Below, piece by piece: positions 61,334-64,000 of a DNA stretch of 64,000 nucleotides. The DNA is from Ophelia neglecta (lineage: Eukaryota). Under the pieces are notes generated by a model that was given only the letters and a program-made list of their open reading frames with translations, ran no database searches and had not been told where the DNA came from. The stretch spans positions 69,874,001 to 69,938,000 of the forward strand of contig OZ260663.1 of assembly GCA_965285935.1 (NCBI GenBank), given 5' to 3'. The position numbers and the translations under genes are program-made. Within the stretch, counting starts at the first letter, position 1. The number at the start of each line of letters is the position of its first letter.

Positions 61334-64000
61334 TACGTAAAAGAAAATACATCTCATACTTTAGTTAAGTCTTGTGCTCTACGAAGAAGGATCATGGAAT
61401 CACTTAGGCCTAACTATACATCAACAGTCTCCACCTAACGGTCCGTAACTCGAGAACAACGGAACCAGGTGTCAGGCAGTTATTAGTGTGCTGGAACCAG
61501 GAACTTAACCCATGCAACTGGAAAATTACGGCCGGTTGAACTTTTCCTTGAGCAGAATAGAAAAGGAGCTCATGATCGACTAAGAGTCCACTTAACGTAT
61601 GACGTACAAAGACGAATCCCACAAGAGTCTCGCACATTGTGTCCATCTCTCATTGACCGGACATCATCACAGGACAATTTCTCCTTAGGTTCAGCAAGCT
61701 TTGTCCGCCACAGTCATTTAATAATTATGATAACAACAATAACAATTTTGGCCCTATAAAAAACTTCCTTCCAAGGGAAAGAGCTCATGGGCATAATGCT
61801 ATATTCATAATATAGCAAATTGTTTCCAGAAACGTAAAGTTACTAGCAACTCATCAATGAAAAAACCTCATTGTTATGAAATTGTAACGATATTAAGATT
61901 GACATCACTTGTAATCAGAAGGAGTAAAACAGTTTTCCATGATGCAATTCACAGCACAAAACAGACGACTCCGTATTCAGCGGATGACAGAGATGAAATA
62001 TGACCTAGTAGAGACTACGCTTGACTAAACTCTCTCCTGATTTGACGTTAAAGATGATGTTTCCTTTGGTTGGTCCTGCTTATCCGTTTTTTTTATAGAA
62101 TGTACATTGCGACTACATTATGGAATATATGAGGCATGATAGGGAACTGAAACATTAATTTGACTGTGTGAGTAGTTGAAAAGATCAGCGCGATCATCGA
62201 ATGTGGCTGTTTGAATTCAAGCGAGTAGTTGGTTTTTATGCATTCTGCCTAGTGTATAAGGACGACGTGTCCAGGGAAGAAGGCATTGAGTCGTAATTTA
62301 TTATAATAAATGGCGATTTATCATGGTAAAAACAAAGTGGTTCAAAGGCCACTGAAAGAACGTTGTTGGGGAACGAAACCCGAGCGGGTCCCAGGAATAA
62401 GCCTGCATGAGGGGTTAGGTTGATAATACGTTTTTTGTTCCAAACAAACGGAATGCCATGTTGCAGGAAGAATCGAGCAAGCCCCAAGGCCTTCATGAAA
62501 CACCCCGTATTGTATGTGGTTACTGTATCAACCAGATTTCTGTATTATAAATTAAATCTCATGTCTTTGTAATTTGAACCTGACAGTGGTATTCCAATAT
62601 CAGTTAGCCTACCTTACCTTCTCAAGTTTGCTGTAAGCTTTTACAGGATTTATGGTGCAGTTTGCAATAGTTTAGAGGGTCATTTTAAGGGGAAACTGAC
62701 AAATTAAATGAAAATGTGGCCCAGATGGTCTTTGTTACATAATACCTTCTTTTTTCCTTTTCTGCCTTTGGTATGTCATTAAGCAATTTCTCTAGTTAAT
62801 CGCCTTTAACTTTTGTCTGTTAATGTTAAGGGCCTTTCATTGTAGTTAACCCCTTCACAATAAAAATAATGAAATAAAAAAACTGAACCTAGGAATATTG
62901 GGTATAGGCCTTTGTAGAAATGCAAAGCAGTATGTTCATTTCGCGGTTGTGTTTAAAGTACTGGTAGTTTTTGAAATAAACAACTAAGCGTTCGAAAGCA
63001 AGGTCAGTTATTACAAACTTGTTTTCGTATTTGATATTGTCCAAAACTTAACTCTATTTAGAGATAAGTCCGGGTAGATACCAGTATGCTTTCTGACTTT
63101 TATCACAAAGTTCTTCTCTTTTTTTTTGGGAAGGGGGGAGAGAGAACACGACAGATCTTATTATGTAAACTCGTGCTTTATATGTCAAAAGAGAGCAAAC
63201 CAATTATCATAACTACAGTCTAGGTTCGTTTATGTCATGTAAGTTACTTTGTTACTGGCAAAGATGGCAGCTCACCAATTGCTTTTGTAGTGAATCCACT
63301 AGTATCCATGGATACAATGGACGACTAGCTGAATATTATGTGGAGAGGACATGATGCAACTTTTGCTTATGTTTCACAGAAGCAGTCAAATTGATTCATC
63401 TGAACATTAAATGGAATAACAAGTGATAAATGTATACATCCGTCCCTTAAATGCACGCCTACTGAGAACAGTGAAGTTGTAGCAGCCAACTATGTACAGA
63501 TGTAGATACATGATCATTATTTGAATAAGAAAATAAACTATAGATAATGTGATTGTGATTTGGCAGTTTGTTACCAATCGAAACGAATTGCCTTCTTTGG
63601 CTTTGATAATTGTCGGGTGTTCGGGGGTTTATGGTTATTGGCTCTGCTGTTTAAGATTTGGTTACTAACTAGGACTTGTGACGCACTTTGCCTTCTTCGT
63701 TTACAAAATGTAATGTTATTTCCACAAGTTTAGCAAAAAGCACCATGCCAAGTAGGACGTTTCTACCCTGCTCACTGTGGTATAATTACATCCCTTATTA
63801 AATCTGGAGGTTGTTGGCGCTGTTGGCTGAGTAGGAAATCCCATGCTGCTCTTATACATTTGGTATATGGTTGTGTTCTACGTATACGCTCTAGATAATT
63901 CATCAAATAAGAGGTGAGGATATTTTAAAAGTTTGAAGTAGTTTGATAAACGCACTCGTGACATGAAATATAAAGATATGATATATGATATGAAATAGTC

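Overview
This is AT-rich eukaryotic (metazoan) genomic DNA with spliceosomal introns, most likely from a marine invertebrate. A spiralian/lophotrochozoan source is an inference from the GPCR type and the repeat landscape. Two protein-coding genes are supported. The first is an intact 8-coding-exon type-B carboxylesterase on + (3975-10677, 521 aa; catalytic S/E/H present; no signal peptide). The second is a class A FMRFamide/myosuppressin-receptor-like peptide GPCR on - whose 7TM region lies in one exon (49751-51122). The rest is non-coding: several non-autonomous DNA transposons (MITEs) with readable TIRs/TSDs, decayed CR1/L2-like and Tx1/L1-like LINE fragments, a ~1.8 kb direct duplication flanking a LINE RT remnant, and minisatellites. 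I found no rRNA, tRNA, CRISPR or prokaryote-type system, and no convincing new multi-gene system. The best leads are: a poly-G/poly-C-terminated 8-bp-TSD element family with a 73-bp member; a 1.4 kb CACTG fold-back element; an unexplained structured GC-rich island at 97-454 with partial HDV-ribozyme resemblance; strongly enriched TAGGCCTA/TACATGTA palindromes; and a sharp CpG-depleted domain over the esterase gene. All counts and alignments were made by eye.
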